Assembly: GCF_964213995.1 (NCBI RefSeq)
Contig: NC_135806.1
Span: 40,920,001 to 40,984,000, forward strand
DNA length: 64,000 nt
Reading direction: 5' to 3'
DNA from: Mustelus asterias
Lineage: Eukaryota
How positions within the stretch are numbered: the stretch's first letter is position 1; every line of letters starts with the position of its first letter. The notes beneath the pieces were generated by a model that worked only from the letters and a program-made list of their open reading frames with translations, was not told the DNA's origin and made no database searches. Position numbers and translations under genes: made by a program. Below are positions 61,606-64,000 of the stretch, piece after piece.

Positions 61606-62159
61606 CAGAAACCCATGCTGTAGCGGGATCTTTCTCTTTACTCCACTTACAGGCCGGTATTTGGGGGTCTGCCGATAGCTGCGAGTGTCTCTCTCTTACA
61701 GGCCTGAAAATTTCAAAGGCCGGGGGATGCCGCACTGGGGCAACTCCGCAGGAGAGAGCGCTGAATCAGGCTCACCGTTTATACCTGACCGGTAACCTGA
61801 TACTTATATCACACTGCCATCCCAAAACCGCCACCAAGGCCTGAGTGATTCTCTCCCTTGTCGGTGGGACAACGGCCACCCTGCACCCACTCCACTCGAG
61901 TAGGTCTCCAAGAGAGAGAACAGAGAGACTCTGTTCTTTATCTCCTGACCAGCAGTCTCCCTTGAGTGAGCGGGTTTGAATCACTCAGATCACCCTCGGT
62001 TCTAGACTCCGGATTTATGGTAAGGGATATTGAAACTGTGACCTCGTCAGAGTGCGCTGATGAGAGAACAAGAGGCAAGACGGACTCCAAACGAGTTTCA
62101 AAACTTACAGCGATTTATTTAACAATAGAATCAACCTCTCCAATACCACACCACACATG

Positions 62160-62347
62160 GACTGCCTGCTGTGATAGTGGAGTCGGACACTTTAGGAACT
62201 TTCAAGCGGCTATTGGATAGGCACATAGAGCACACTAGAATGATAGGGAGTGGGATAGCTTGATCTTGGTTTCGGAAAAGGTTCGGCACAACATCGTGGG
62301 CCGAAGGCCCTGTACTGTGCTGTACTGTTCTATGTTCTATGTTCTAT
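62160..62347 (+). mobile_element. CR1 3' fragment
   Basis: GGGCCGAAGGCCCTGTACTGTGCTGTACTG(TTCTATG)3. Confidence 0.88.
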
Positions 62348-64000
62348 GAATAAAACTTATACTTTATACTATCACTGTGGGAGAAATGCTAACGGGTACA
62401 ACGTAAAATCTTATTTTACACAGTTCAAAACAAGATTACTGAACTTTAAAATTACAATACACCACCCCTCCCCTTGCCTCAACCTCTATCCTATCCTCGG
62501 GAGCTTCACAAGGTTGGCTGGGATACTCACAATTCTAAAAGGGGTTCCTTTGTGGTGGGCTCGAATGTCTTAGTGCAGGGTCGAAACTGGGCTGCTGTTG
62601 GTCTTCACCTCTGCACATCAGCTTGCGATTCTGGAAGAGGAGCTCGGTCCTGCTTGTCTGCCTCCCTTGATCTTAACTTCAGCCCAATTTAACAACCAAC
62701 TTCCCTGCCCCCGTAGGTGATTTTCAAGGACAATGGGCTTTCGATCACCGTGGCCATTGTCTCCCTGCTGGCCTGTTTACTGTTCATCTGCTGGTCTCCA
62801 TCTCCCTTTGTCCTTCTGATGATTAGATCACTGGTGTGTCTGCCTTTCTGCCGCACTTGGCCACTTGTATATTCAGGGGGCTCACACCTTTCCTTAGCAC
62901 AGTCCACAGGCAGGTTATGTTTGTCTTGCCGAGCCTTCTGGGAAGTTTTATCAGCCAGCAACCAGAGTTGGCCACTTTTAAACTGCCAGGTTTCTCCTGA
63001 GTCCTTTTAAAATATGGAGGATTGCCCTGAAACTTACACATGCAGACAAGGGAAGAATGTGCAAACTCCACACAGACAGTGACCCAAGGCTAGAATTGAA
63101 CCCAGGTCCCTGGTGCTCTGAGGCAGCAATGCTAACCACTGTGCCACTGTGCTGCCCTTCTAGATGTCTCCTGCTTAGGGTAGGACTCCACCCCCTGGGG
63201 TGATTACCCACTCTCAGTCCCAATTGGTCCTTCAAGCCTCTTCTGTTGTGTTGCCCTTAAAGTGACAATCACCACATCATTGCTCTGTCTGGTCTCATTT
63301 CCTCTTCCCATTTCTCATACAAACAAAGGAGAATCCACAACAAGATGCTGACTTCAAGGAGGTGGTCAATAAGATGGATTAGCACAGCACTTACTTTTTA
63401 ACAGTGAAACCCTAAGAGAATTTCTGGAATATATATTGCTGTAGTAGTGGTGAAGTCTTAATGTGTCTCAGAGCTCACCACAGTCCCAGCGGCAATGACA
63501 ATGAGATAATGAGATTTCCCTCAGTGGTGAATATTCCTTAATCTAGCACTTGGAATTGATATCAAGAAGAAACAGCTGTAAGGAGAGAGTGTTTGTTGAA
63601 GCATTCACCACCAGAATGTAGTACAGTGTCTTTAATGATTGCTAGCAGGCACTTAAATGATAATTAATTGATTAACATACCGCTGGCTTGCTGTTCCTAC
63701 CACTGGCGAAAACACCTTTACCAAGATGGCAACTTACACGAAACACAAGATAAACTAGTGTTTCAGCCTAAGGCCTCATTTTGGCCAATTCTTTACTTCT
63801 TTAGTGGCTAAAGTTGTCCTGCTGTGTCTTTTCTATTCACATGTCAAACAATCACGGAATGTTCCAACACCATAACAGGCAATGCTGACTCTGTGCATGT
63901 CCACTGTCATCTCCACTCTCCTGTTCACTCCCCGCACCTTTTAATATCCCACCTAGTCTAATCGCTGGGGAACCGAAGGCCTAATGGTATTATTGCTGGA

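Noticed and set aside
61790-63290. Possible long LTR/ERV-like element
   Set aside because: Composition is suggestive, but I could not define termini, TSD, PBS or PPT

Overview
Eukaryotic, repeat-dense DNA with no host protein-coding gene that I can support. The repeat content (HE1-type V-SINEs, Deu-domain SINEs, HER1/CR1 LINEs) points to an elasmobranch (shark) genome. Most of the window is nested transposon debris: many CR1 copies (one with a nearly intact ORF2), L2-group, Rex1/Babar, RTE and Tx1 LINE fragments, two decayed Gypsy LTR elements plus solo LTRs, PIF/Harbinger relics (transposase plus Myb/SANT gene) and their TIR derivatives, a hAT MITE, and a 5.3-kb 27-bp minisatellite. The most notable structure is a 1.2-kb palindromic Penelope-like element at 28244-29442. 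It carries a GIY-YIG C-terminus and a minimal hammerhead ribozyme in each arm; its inner arms are identical while part of the outer arms is about 10% diverged. Further hammerhead copies with covarying stems lie elsewhere in the window. Also notable are a possible VNTR+CR1-tail composite retroposon, a tail-swapped SINE and a three-level nested insertion. Family names come from recognising motifs by eye. Coordinates of old elements are approximate to tens of bp.
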